This document shows positions 25,968-38,079 of a stretch of DNA of 64,000 nt, one piece after another. The DNA is taken from assembly GCA_013265495.1 (NCBI GenBank), contig MU059044.1, forward strand, positions 3,201,824 to 3,265,823. Direction: 5' to 3'. The notes beneath the pieces were generated by a model. The model had not been told where the DNA came from. It did no database searches and saw only the letters and a list, made by a program, of their open reading frames with translations. The position numbers were made by a program, and so were the translations under genes. Each line of letters starts with the position of its first letter. Within the stretch, counting starts at the first letter, position 1. The DNA is from Vicugna vicugna. Lineage: Eukaryota.

Positions 25968-27269
25968 AGTGAATGTTTTCAATTCTGGGGTGGCTTCCTG
26001 CCCTTCCCTTCCTTTCCAGCACAGACCTCTTTCCCTTGACTGTCCCTGGAGGACTTACTGCATTATTCTCTTCCCTTTCTTAATCTTCCCTCTTTGCATA
26101 TCTAGCCTCCTCTTTATTTACTTTCTTATACCTTTCTCACCCTCCCAACTCTCCTCAATATCTCCCCCACCATATCCATACCTGATCTTCTGACCTACCT
26201 GTTTCCCAAATGCCTTTTCTGCACCCAAGTCTCAGACTGATCCTTAGCATCGCAAAAGTCTCCTAAACCATCTACCGGGCTCTTTCCTACTCAATGTTCA
26301 GAATTCTTGTCTGGCATCACCACCTCCAACAAGTCTTTCTGAACAACCAACCCAGACTCTCTCAAGAAGCCTTTCGGGATTCCAGTCAAGCTACACTAGA
26401 GCCCCCTCATCCTCTGCAGCCTGGCTGTACACTCATTTCCACCTGATGCATTCGCAACGTGCCTGGAAATCTTCCCGCTGCTCTGGCTCGGCTCCCAGGC
26501 TGCATGCTGCGACACAGGGAGCTCTGTGTCAAACTCGCAATTAACGAACTACTGTACTTAAGCTAATCTCAGTCTAATTAATGGCTGTCGGAGCCATCGG
26601 TGCTGATAAAGCAGAACTGTACCAGCTCAGGGAGCTCTGCTTCCTCCAGACTCAGCCGTGTCAGAACAAGGATGTGGCACCCACCCAGCCTCCTTTAGCG
26701 TCCAGAGATTTCTTAGTTCAGTCACAGGGGACTGAGCATGAAGGTGAATTTGCATTTCCCAGCCTTCTAGACAACTTGGGAAGTGCTGTCCTGGGGACCA
26801 AGCTCCAGTCGTTCCCCCACCTCACTTAAGGGTGACCTCAGAAGCCTGAAATACACACTGAAGTGTTTGTCGGGCAAATTTGCTTACACTTAGCCAAACT
26901 GACATTTTGCTGGTGAAAACTTTTCCAGATATTTCTATTCATTTCCTTTAAGGATGAAGGTAACATTAGCATACAGTTTTTAAAGTTGTATAAAGTTAAA
27001 ACTTCCCATTAATAAAATATTACATGCTGGTCACAGAAGATTTAAAAATACGAAAGAATGAGAGGCAACCTCTTAAATAATTTTGATACATTCCCCTACA
27101 GTCTTTTTCTGTGCAGTCTTTTTCTTTCTCTTTTCGTTCTCAATGTTTGCATAATTTCAATCATTCTATGAATGCAATTTTGAATCTCGATTTTTAAGTT
27201 AATATTTCCTAAGACCTTCTTTTGCCTGTTGTGGTTATGAACATGCATCTTGAATGTAACAAAACAGTA

Positions 27270-28050
27270 ATAGCTCATATTGAGCATTTCCCGTGGTCCA
27301 TAGTGCGTGTTACTATGTTACGTATCTTTTTTCAAACTTGAATCTGTACACTGACCTTGCAAGGCAGATACTATTATACATTTATGCACTCAGGACGCTG
27401 GGGCTCAGAGAAATGAAAGGACCCTTCCAAGTTCACAGGGCTGGGAAGCAGTGGAGGCACAGTTGGAATTCAGATCTAGATCCCAAAACCTGCCTTCTTA
27501 ACCACTAAGCAAACTGCAGCTTAAAAACACATTGACCAGTTTTCTCTACACTGATTGTTTTCGCACATTTTCATGCACATGCGAGAGAAAAATCTATTTA
27601 GATTTAATAGATAAAAATCTTGAGTTCAAGCATTTTGGGGATTCATTTTTTTTTTCTTCTTAGTATGTGGTTTCTAGCAAACAATGTGACAGCCGAGGCA
27701 GAAGCAAAAACGGAATGGGAGCTGTATGGATTTCTCTTTGTCATCCACTGACACCTCACCCTCAAGTTCACGTTACCATTTCCCTGACTTTAGTATCATG
27801 ATAACGCAATCCTCGTGGCTACTGAGATAACAAGGGCTTAGAGCGTGCAGATTTAGTTTGAACGTGAACTCTGTCAGCTGCTGTTTCTGTGGCCTTGAAC
27901 AACTTATATACACCCTTAGTTTTCTCATCCACAAAATAGGAACACTAATGCCCATCCTACAAAGATAATCGCTTTGAGTCTTAAACGAGGATTAAATGAG
28001 TCAGTAGAGGTAAAGCAGTTCAGCCTGCCCTTACGAATCAGCAGAGTCCT
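27270..28050. mobile_element. MIR fragments (minus ~27270-27520; plus ~27860-28050)
   Basis: gggctcagagaaatgaaagg...aagttcacagggctgg; cttagttttctcatccacaaaatagg...gaggattaaatgag. Confidence 0.65.
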
Positions 28051-29201
28051 GGAAATGGTAGGTACTTCTTTCTGTATGACTTAACACATTTAAGGTTTTT
28101 GCTTTCCTGATAATACATATTACCATTCATTCAGTCATAAGTTTTTGTTTTTACTAAGTACCAGTTCTGAGCCAGCCTTTGAGCTAAATTAGAGGCACAT
28201 GAAGACCAAAATTTTTGGCTCCCCTCTGAAGTTTTCTCTCTCTCTTCTGAGAAGTCCAGGCACTCCTGCCTGAAAGCAGAGACGGGGAGAGAAAGCAAAC
28301 TCCAGATCCCCGCAGTGGCTCCAGCTCCAAGCAGCGTAATGGTCCAGGAGAAGCAAGAGCTCTGCCAGCGCAGTGTCCCTCCATACAGCGGTGGTTCTGG
28401 GTGAGGCACTTGTGGCATGAGGATTCCCCAAACACCTGTTCAATTGTTTGTACTAATCACAACCCTAGTCAGTGGTTTAGCCAAAGAGAGTGAAAATGTT
28501 GGCCCTTTGTAACTCCCTTTATACATGGCTCAAATTCTCCTCCTCCTCAGCTCCTTTGTTGCCCCAGTGTTTGCCATACCTCCCTGGACCTGCTTCTAAA
28601 GTGGAGCTGGGTGGAACGTTGGTTACTTTATCATGGTTTATTTTGTCATGATTTATTTCATTAACATATGGATTGGATCCTTATTTCAATATCATTATCA
28701 TGGGGTGGCTCTATCACCAGGACACAACTTTATTATATCTGTGCCTTCTGCTCCATTCAGACAAATTCTGTGTACACACACAGCTGATCTCATTTTTGTG
28801 ATTCCAAGGATATAAACATACAGCAGTTTCTCTTTCTTATTTTCGGATACTCCATCTGCCTATATACTTTTTTTCTACATTTCATTCCTGTATCTTATTC
28901 TCCTTCCGTTAACTGATATTGATAATCTTTCCTCATCTGATATAAAACATTTCCCTTGTGATCAATACGGCTTATTTAGCAGAGTTCACCATGTAATCGG
29001 GTAGATTGAATAAAATCAAATACATAAAACTTCATTAGCAAAAACAATCTTACATCTGAGCAGTATGCACACGGTAGAACGGAGACAGAGGGGAGTAGTG
29101 AATTCTGCTTAGAGTGATCAGGAAAGGCTTCTCAGGGAGGTAAAATCTGAATTGTGTCTTTAAGATTCGGTACGAGACTTCTAGACACCCTCCCAATCAC
29201 A

Positions 29202-29221
29202 AAACAAACAAACAAACAAAC
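29202..29221. repeat. (AAAC)5 microsatellite
   Basis: Seen directly. Confidence 0.9.
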
Positions 29222-30364
29222 ACCTGAGAGGTTAGTGTAAAGATACGGAGACCTGCACCACGACGGACCGCATAACTACTGGGTTCTCTAATATGGCTGG
29301 AGCACAGGGCGTGTGGGGTGGGAGACAGAAGATGACAATGGAAAATGGGTTTGAAGCCAGATCACAAGGCTGTAGGACTCCACAGGGCTTCAAACTGTAG
29401 GTGATTGGAAGCCATTAACTAATAAGCAAGCAAAACAAAAATCTGTAATTAAAATACCGATCTTTCATTTCAGTGAGCCTGAAATAATGTGGCCAAGCCC
29501 TCTACACACATTTCATGAATTTCACAGTTAGAGGTTAAAGGAAATTAAATGAGACTAAATGACGATGCTATATGGTATTACAGTCAGTGACCCAGGAATG
29601 CCTCGACCCTGCATAGGAAACCATCCCAATGCTACCAAGAAGTTCTAAACCAGATAGTAAAAGAGGCAAAACTTAAATCCGGGTCTGTCCCACTAAGTCT
29701 GCACTTTTAATCACGTTTGAGAAGGATTGCTGGTGATTGGGTGGGGGAAAGCTTGGAGGAGGTCGAAAGGGGAGCAGAATATTACTGCGTTACTCAAGGC
29801 AAGAAGAACCTGAATTGAAGAAGTCACCATGGGGAGGAGAGAAGGAAAAGGAATGCAGAGACCCCCAAATGCCAGGGTACCCACTGCCTGCTCAGCCTTC
29901 CTCTGTACCTACCGCAAACCCAGAGATGACATAACAGCCCACCTCAAGCTTCTTGTATCTTCGATTTGCAACTGACTCTTCCTTGTTCTTCACGAATCAT
30001 TCTTCTAGACACGGCTCATGCTCTGCCTTTTCTAGCCTGGCCAGCTCCAGCCCAACACAGCCAGTTTCTCCTGAGCTCCTGTGGCACTGTTTGTGGAGTG
30101 ATGGTGAACTTAGTTTTACTTTATCTTTGAATCTCCAATGCCTAGCACTGTGTCTGACACAAAAAAGGTAAATGAATAAATAAACTTTGTACTTGAGTTT
30201 TCTGAGTTCAAGTTTCCTTGAATGAATGAAAAGGGGATGAGAAGTCCTATCTCAGCGTATAATTCTGAGGATAAATGTGATTTCTTTTTTAAAGGGGATA
30301 AACGTGTCTTGCAGGTTGCATTGTGCAATGTACCTGGAAGGAAATAGTACGTTTTTCATCACCA

Positions 30365-30985
30365 TGAACAATGGTTAATTTTATGTGTGGGTTAAGGAGC
30401 ATCCATACTTGTGGTCCAAAAGTATTCTGAGTGTGTCTGTGAGGGTGTTTGGGGATGAGATTAACACTTAAATTGGTAGACCGAGTAAAGCAGAGTGCCC
30501 TCCCCCAGTGTAGGTGGATCTCATAAAGTCAACTGAAGGCCCGAATAAAACAAAAAGGCTGACCCTCCCCGGAATAAGAGGAGACTTCTGCTTGGCTGCC
30601 TGTGAGCTGGGACGTGGGTTCTTTTCTTGTATTCAGACTTGAAATGAAAAATCAACTCTTCTTGGGTCTTGAGTCTGCAGCTTTCAGACTGGAACTTCAG
30701 CCTCAGACTGGAACTACACCATCAGCTCCCCAAGGTCTCCAGCTGGCCAACTGCAGCTCTTGGGACTTCTCGGCCTCCATAATCACATGTACCACGTGCC
30801 AGATCCTTGTANNNNNNNNNNNNNNNNNNNNNNNNNNNNNNNNNNNNNNNNNNNNNNNNNNNNNNNNNNNNNNNNNNNNNNNNNNNNNNNNNNNNNNNNN
30901 NNNNNNNNNNNNNNNNNNNNNNNNNNNNNNNNNNNNNNNNNNNNNNNNNNNNNNNNNNTTTTTCTCTGCAAAACCCTGACCTACA
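30365..30985 (+). mobile_element. ERVL solo LTR (MLT2B-like), with internal N-run
   Basis: atggttaattttatgtgt...gagggtgtttggggatgagattaacact...cagagtgccctcccc...ends tctctgcaaaaccctgacctaca. Confidence 0.85.
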
Positions 30986-32544
30986 TGACCTGGTTATTCC
31001 TAAGGTCAACATTTGAGAATTCTTCTCTTCTAGGAAGCTCACACTGAGATCCAACCCATGATAAACAGAGTAAGAAATGGTACTCTGGGGAACTTGGGCA
31101 AACACAAGGTACGGGGACTGGAATGGACCGAGCATGCGGGGGTCGGGCAGGGGAAAACAGCAAGGCCAGAGGCACAATCCAAATTTCGACTAAGTAAGAA
31201 ACCTCAGAATGGTCCTCAAAACCAGAGCAGGAGCAACAGAAGATAAGCCACAGGGTTGCAGTCTGAGGGTTCCAGTTTGTTAATGTCTGTCGCAATGGAT
31301 CAGGACACACTCAGACTATCTCAGGAAACAGCACAGAATGAGAAGGGACCAGACAAAATGGCTGGCGGGTAGCACAGCAATGGGCATCTCTAATACAACA
31401 GAAAAGTCTTTAAAAGATCCAGTGATGCAGAGTGAGTTTTAGCNNNNNNNNNNNNNNNNNNNNNNNNNNNNNNNNNNNNNNNNNNNNNNNNNNNNNNNNN
31501 NNNNNNNNNNNNNNNNNNNNNNNNNNNNNNNNNNNNNNNNNNNNNNNNNNNNNNNNNNNNNNNNNNNNNNNNNNNNNNNNNNNNNNNNNNNNNNNNNNNN
31601 NNNNNNNNNNNNNNNNNNNNNNNNNNNNNNNNNNNNNNNNNNNNNNNNNNNNNNNNNNNNNNNNNNNNNNNNNNNNNNNNNNNNNNNNNNNNNNNNNNNN
31701 NNNNNNNNNNNNNNNGGCCAGTTTTTAAGTGGTAGCTACGATTTGGTGTGAGAGCAGGAGAGACGTGATGTCTTGAACAGGTCAGGTAAATTAAAGACTC
31801 CGAAGGAAAGACTTGTCCTTGCTTTCTTCATTTTTAAAATATTTGAGCCTAAGCATTTACTTTCCAAAATAATTTCTGTCCAGAAACTTGTGCAGCCTGA
31901 ATAACCCTGGACTTCAGTAGGGAATGAGTGCCTCCAATGCAGCTTTAAACTCATTTGTCAGCCATAGTCTGCCCAGAGACAAATGGGCTCTAAACCCCTG
32001 GAAACACCATCCCCTGGATCCACAAGGTCCCTGAGAGACGTGTCCTCGGACAGCAGAGATGCAGAGGAAATATGAGTGGAGTGCCCTACCTGAAAGGAGA
32101 CGCTGATCAATGGGGTCTTGAATGTCCAGGAAGGACTGGATATAAACCACATCGGCCTTGCTGTAAAAGAGCGTGCAGGGCTGTTGATGGAGGAGCTGCC
32201 CGACTTTGAACCAATCACAAAAGGCACAGACGTGATAAAGGACAGACTGGTGGATCAATGCTGGGTCTGGGCCAAGTCGGCTGGTGGAGCCAGATGAGGG
32301 TTACTCAATTTCAAGGTCACCTTCCTGAATCAAGAATGGTTACAAATAACACGGTAGGCAAAGGGTGTGGCTCAGTGGCCTGGGCTGATCTCCAAGAATG
32401 CATTTATTCTTACAGAGGCACCTGGGCTTCAGTAGAAAAAAGATATTATTTTCTGAAAGAATTATTTTTCAACACCGTTTACACCACTCTAAGCTATGAG
32501 AACTTTATGATTTACATAGCCTCTCCGATTTATCTGTTTAATAG

Positions 32545-32960
32545 AAATTAAAATGCTTTGGGTACAAACGAGAGAAAACCAACTTAACCAAGCTTAAGGA
32601 AAAGGGAATTTGTTGATTCACTGACTTATTAAAAGTCTAGAAAAATACAGAGTTAGGCAAGGCCAGATCCTGCAGTACAGTCGAAACAGTCAAGAATTCT
32701 GTTACTCTCTCCAGTTCTCACAAGAGTCTTTCCATATGAAGGAAAATATGACAGCAGGCAACCCCAGATCCATAGTTTATTTCCCATGGAAGTAAGTCCT
32801 TCCAAAAACTCCAGCAGAAGGTACCGTGGAAGATTCTAATTGGTCCAGATTGGACCATATTTCTATATCCCTAAGCAAATCCCTTTGGCAAGGAGAACAG
32901 GATATTCTTATTAAAGGAGAGACGTAAGAAAGGGTAGTGAAGTGGTGAAATGGGCGGTAC
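32545..32960. mobile_element. ERVL-MaLR LTR (MLT1K/L-like)
   Basis: atgctttgggtacaaacgagagaaaaccaacttaaccaagcttaagg...attctaattggtccagattggaccat. Confidence 0.55.
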
Positions 32961-34039
32961 ACAGATAAAAGGAACAGATGCCTGTACTTGTTTCCTTTCC
33001 TACGTTTTTAAGACCAGATGAGATAACGACTTAAAAATCGGCTTGCAAAGTGAAAATTCACATGAAAATTCCGAGCTGTCTAGCACTTAACATAGGGAGA
33101 GTCAATGTTAATGTTTTATTTACCAGTTTCCACAAATAGCTGAGAAATAAATCTGGGATCTTTTCTTGAATTTTCTTCCCACATTGAGTAACAGAAAGAT
33201 GCAGTTTCTGAAATAATGAGACGTGAGTTCAAATCTGAACTCCCCTCTGTTACCAGATGCGTGACCTAGGGCATGACTTATTAGCTTATAGGACTGTGAG
33301 GCGGATTCAAAGAAACACACTATGTGGAAGCACTTTGTAACCCAGAGAGCTGTGTGCAAACGTTACAGGAAATAGTCAGAGTTATGAAGCCATGTTACAG
33401 CACAGAGAGAGATGGGGAGAGTGCAGATGGCCAGGAGCTGAAATGTTCCCCAAAGCCCTTCAGGGAGGCTGCATGGCTTGAGGTTCGGAAAGGTCAGTGA
33501 GACACAACTCTCTGGAGTGGTCAGTTATAAGAGCAGAGGCAGCCGGAGGCAGTCAGGGATGCCAGGGTCTTTCGGTAGATGCTTTAAGTGGAGAGAAGAC
33601 CAGGTTCAAGACTTCTCAGCTGGGCCAGCTTCTCTCCATCATCCTACATCACTCTGGTCCTGCAGCCCACACTCTCCTTCGGAAGAATTAAAGGACTTCA
33701 ACAAAATAAAGGCTATGCCGAAAGCAGAGTTTATTGTTACTATCTCATTATCCAATGGTCAAGGAACCCTGGATAGTCCTGGTCTATCCAGACCTGTCTT
33801 TAGAGGAGCCGGGAAGGGCAGGGAGAGAGAGATTGGAGATGAGGGTTTGAAAGATTTGGCTAGACTACACGGATGTCTCCTACACCAGACTCTTGGATTT
33901 AATCTGACCTGGTGATCCCTGCCAGACAGAGAAAAAGAGCAGCTCTGTTTTTGGCCATGCCCCACTTACAATTCATTGATGCAACTGAAGTACTTTATTC
34001 TTATTCTCTAAACATCCCGTAGTATTGCTCAATGCTGTT

Positions 34040-35170
34040 CTTTTAAAATTCACCAAGTCCCCACTCTGTGCCAGGTCCTATGCTAGGATCTGAGGTGTGA
34101 GAATGGGAAAGTAACCCATGTTCCCTGTCATCCCAAGGGGCCAAGGAGGTAAGAACACTGCAGCACGATGGATGCTCTAACAGGGGGAACCACAAGAGTG
34201 GTATCAAACACAGTCCAAGGAGGCAATCCAAGAAAGCTTCCCGAAGGAAGTGACCACCAAGCAGAGCTGACTTATACAGACAAAGGAATGTCGGAAGGAC
34301 ATATCAAAGTAAAGAAATATAAGAAGCAGTATAGTATATACAGAGATTACAAAAATCTGTGTTTTACTAAAGGGCAAAGTGAAGTGGGAATGAGTTTGTT
34401 TGAGGGGTAACAGCTTAAGGGTGTGTGGTGTGTGTAAGGAACACAGATCTTGTCCTGTACTTGTCAGGGAGCCACTGAGGGGCCTTACGTGGAGTGCATG
34501 GCCTTATTTTCATCTCAGAATATCTTTATGGTGTCTGCATGGATGATGCATTAGAGGTGGAGCCGGGTATAGGAAACAGAGAGCGAGAGCAATAACTCAG
34601 GTGGAAGATAATGAGGTTTTGAATGAAGACAGAGCTCTCGTAGGGATGAGAGAAGAGAATTAATTTAAAAATATATACGTAAGGGAAAATTGGCCAGACC
34701 AGGCAACTAAAGGATTGAATGCAGGGCGGAGGGAGATGACAGAATCAAGTATTAAGCCCCGGGCTTCAGACTGTGGGCATTGGTGGTACATTAAATGAGT
34801 CCGTCGAAATAGGAAGGGCAGGCTTAGTGGGGAGCAGTCTGGGGAAAGATAGAAAGATGAATGTCACCAGACTAGAGGTGGTAGTTAAAACCACAGAATC
34901 GTGTGCTATTGCTCAAGGATAACTTAAAGACTGATGAAGAGCTAGCTGGGTATGACAGGAATCCAAGATGTAAGGAAAGAAAGGAGGAGGTAGAGCAGAT
35001 AAAGGATGCCAAGAAAAGAATGGCCAGAAAAGGAAAGGCAAAGAAGAGAGAAGTTTCAGGATGGAATGGAAGTGGTCATCATTTTTACCAAATGCTGCTG
35101 AGACATGAGGTGAGGTTCAGACTAGGAAGCATCCTTTGGACGTGGCAATTAGGAAATCACAGATGAGAAG
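34040..35170 (-). mobile_element. L2 fragment
   Basis: caagtccccactctgtgccaggtcctatgctagg...gaagtttcagg...accaaatgctgctgag...ttggacgtggcaattagg. Confidence 0.7.
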
Positions 35171-35944
35171 GGTGCTTGCAATTGAGCATGATCCATTTAG
35201 GGGAGCCAATTAACAGCGTCCCTACCTTCCCAGTCTGTGGGCAGAACCAACTGAGAAATTGAGACAGAAAAATCAGATGGGAAGCACAGGGAGGCTTAGA
35301 AGAAGTGTAGTCCGATAGGCTTGCTACTTCTGCTCTCCCCTGAGCTAACCTCCTTCCTCCTCGGTTTAGTTCTCTTGCTTGCAGAGCAGAATATGTCTGA
35401 GTGAGTTTACCATGTGGATGAACAGATAAACCTCAAAGAAGGGGAGGAAAGGGTTGAGCCAGCAGGTTTCAGCTTTTTTTTCCGGTATCATCAATCAGAC
35501 GAGTCTATCCCTCCACAGAAAAGTGGAAGGAACAGTGAAGCTGCCTTTTTGGTAAAGCTTCATTCTAGGAGGGAAGGAAAAGTTGCCTTCCTTCTTTGAA
35601 ACAAATATGAGACGGGAAAATAATGTTCTCCTCTAACACTGGTGGGGATGAAATCCAAATTTCAAGCCACTGAGGAGTGAATGTGAGTTTAATGTGGATG
35701 ACTCATTCTGGGGACCAGCCGGGAAGGACAGCAGAGAGAGACTGGACCGAGATTTGAGTGACCGGGTCAGAGCACGTGGGTGTCCTCCACACCAGCCGCT
35801 GAGATCTTGCCTTACCTGCCCCGAGGCCATGACTCCTTGACTTCAATTGGCATTACCCCCTGAGGCAAGAGGGAGACCTCCTCACCCTGACCAAGCTGAA
35901 TTAGCAGAGCTGGTCCTTTCCCTCAAACAGTTTGTTCTTCAATG

Positions 35945-36215
35945 GTAGAAAGAGCACTCGGCTTGGAGTCAGAGCATCTGGACTCCGATGCCAGCCCTTT
36001 TACTTACTTCTCATGTCACCTGGAGTAAACCTTTTACCATTCTGATCCTCACATTTCTCATCTCTGAAACAACTGGCCGTTAAAAAAAAAAAATCTCATA
36101 GGGTTGTTGTTAAAATTGACTCAAATGGAGTCAAATCAGATTAGATTAAGATCAGCAGGAGAATACACGTGAGAAGGCCTCAGAACGTTGGCCAGGTGCT
36201 CAATAAATGCTTATT
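35945..36215 (+). mobile_element. MIR SINE
   Basis: ggcttggagtcaga...atttctcatctctgaaa...ctcatagggttgttg...gtgctcaataaatg. Confidence 0.75.
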
Positions 36216-37394
36216 GATCCTAAGTCTATTTACCAGCAGCAATGCTATTCTATAAAAGCATCTACGAACTACGACTCAAGACTATCATACGTTAACAGTT
36301 AGCATATTCTGGCCCCCCGGGAAGATTTCCTTTTTGTTTACGTAGAAGAAATACCAATCTAGGAGTCTGGCTGATTGCGCAGAGCACAGCAGTGTCTTGT
36401 CAGAATCACTCTTTCCTAGAGTTTAGTCACCAGCTTTGCCAATTTGGATCAACAGTTCTGTCTCAGTGCCTAGAGGTAATGTAACTCAAAGGGCTAGATT
36501 AACACTGCCCAAATTTACAAGAGACCTGGTATGTAATACAGGAGCCAGTGTATTTTTTAACAACTCTCCTGATCATTGGTGATAATATTCAATATGTTAC
36601 ATTTACTTGATCATTCACTCAATGTTTAGTTTCATTCTGGGCTAGATATTTTGATTACAAAGATGAACAATAATGATCTCTTCCCCTTAGGAGCTAACAG
36701 TCTGTTACCAGACACAGGCATGCAAATAGATGCATGCAAAGCAAGAGACGAGGGCAAAATTCCAAGTCCAGGGACCTTGGGGCCACTGACGAAGAGGATA
36801 ACCCTGCTTGGAGGAAATCAGGAGAGATTTGGGGGTAGCAGCTGCTTGTGCTGAGTCTTGGAGGGTTGGTAGGAGTTTGTCAGATGGGGATGGTGGGAAA
36901 GAGCACTCCAGTCAGAGGAAACTAGGCTCTGGAGACGTGAAGCAGTCTGCTCATTCTTGGAACTGTTCATTCCAGAAACAAGTTTAGTGGGAATGGAGGG
37001 GTGGATGCAAGTGATGGAAGCTGTAGTGGAAAGCGGAAAGGTAGACGCCACATCAGGGAAGACCATGGAAACGAGGAGCTTGGACTCAGCCTGCGGGCAC
37101 AGGTAGTGATGGGGAGGGGCTGGGATGAGCCAGTCTCTGCCTTCAGTCTCTGCCACATGTGAAATCAGCCTCCTGGGAAGTCACTTGCTGACCCTGATGT
37201 CGGAACACGCATACACCGATGACATTCAGCATTAAGATCATACAGCTCACCCCATTAGCGCATTTCTCAGTTGGCTTGCCGTCATCATTTGGCAAAGCAC
37301 CTGCCCTCCTCTTCCACGAATGAGGGGAATATTCTATGTCCCACGTGGATAACCTGTTTCCATGAACAAAATCGTCTTTCTAACCTGTTACAGT

Positions 37395-37650
37395 ATCGTT
37401 CAGCAGTCAAGAACACGCAGCCAGAGTGCTTACGTGTGACTCCTGGCTTCTCCACGGACTAGTTGCTGAACCTAAAATGTGGGTTCAAGACTTTCATACC
37501 TCAGTTTCCTCATCTGTAAAATGAGAGCTAATGTGACTACCTACCTTAAAGTGACGTGGGATTAAAGAAGTCGATACACGCTCTCTACATAAAGGGCTTA
37601 GAACAGAGCCGCGCTCGTGGGAAAAGTTATATAATGTTAGTTGTTGCTGT
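37395..37650 (+). mobile_element. MIR SINE
   Basis: cctcagtttcctcatctgtaaaatgag...ctacctacc...gggcttagaacag. Confidence 0.8.
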
Positions 37651-37696
37651 AGTATCTTAGCAATTAGACCTTATATTTAAAAGTTCTGTTCTAGGC

Positions 37697-38079
37697 TGTT
37701 AAAGACAAACAGCAGGCCCAAAGCAGAGCCGCTTATGTTAAGTCCCAGGTCACCAAACTGAGACTTAATTACAGTCTCAGCTCTCCCAGAAAGGGCACCT
37801 TAAAACAGTCAATAAAGAGTTGCTTGGTGATCTACTTAGGTAATCTGCCTGATGGACCCCTGCCATTCCCTAAAGGAAAGTAACCTTGCAATAAGAACCC
37901 CCCCTTTTTTTTCCTGGTATAACTTCCTCATTCCTGCTCTGTTCTGCCTTTAAAGTCTTTCATTTTGTTCAGTATCTCAGAGCTCCTTCCTATCTGCTAG
38001 ATTGGATGCTATCTGATTCAAACTGATCTGTGCTCAAACTCTTAACAATTCGCAACATGCCTCAGTTTATCTTTCAACA
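37697..38079 (+). mobile_element. ERV1 solo LTR (MER34-like)
   Basis: TG...CA termini (tgttaaaga...tttcaaca); flanks AGGC/AGAC look like a degraded 4-bp TSD. Confidence 0.7.

Noticed and set aside
36995-37110. Exon-like MQVMEAVVESGKVDATSGK... ending CAG|gtagtg
   Set aside because: It lies in or next to purine-rich antisense L2-like sequence, and no good acceptor was found.
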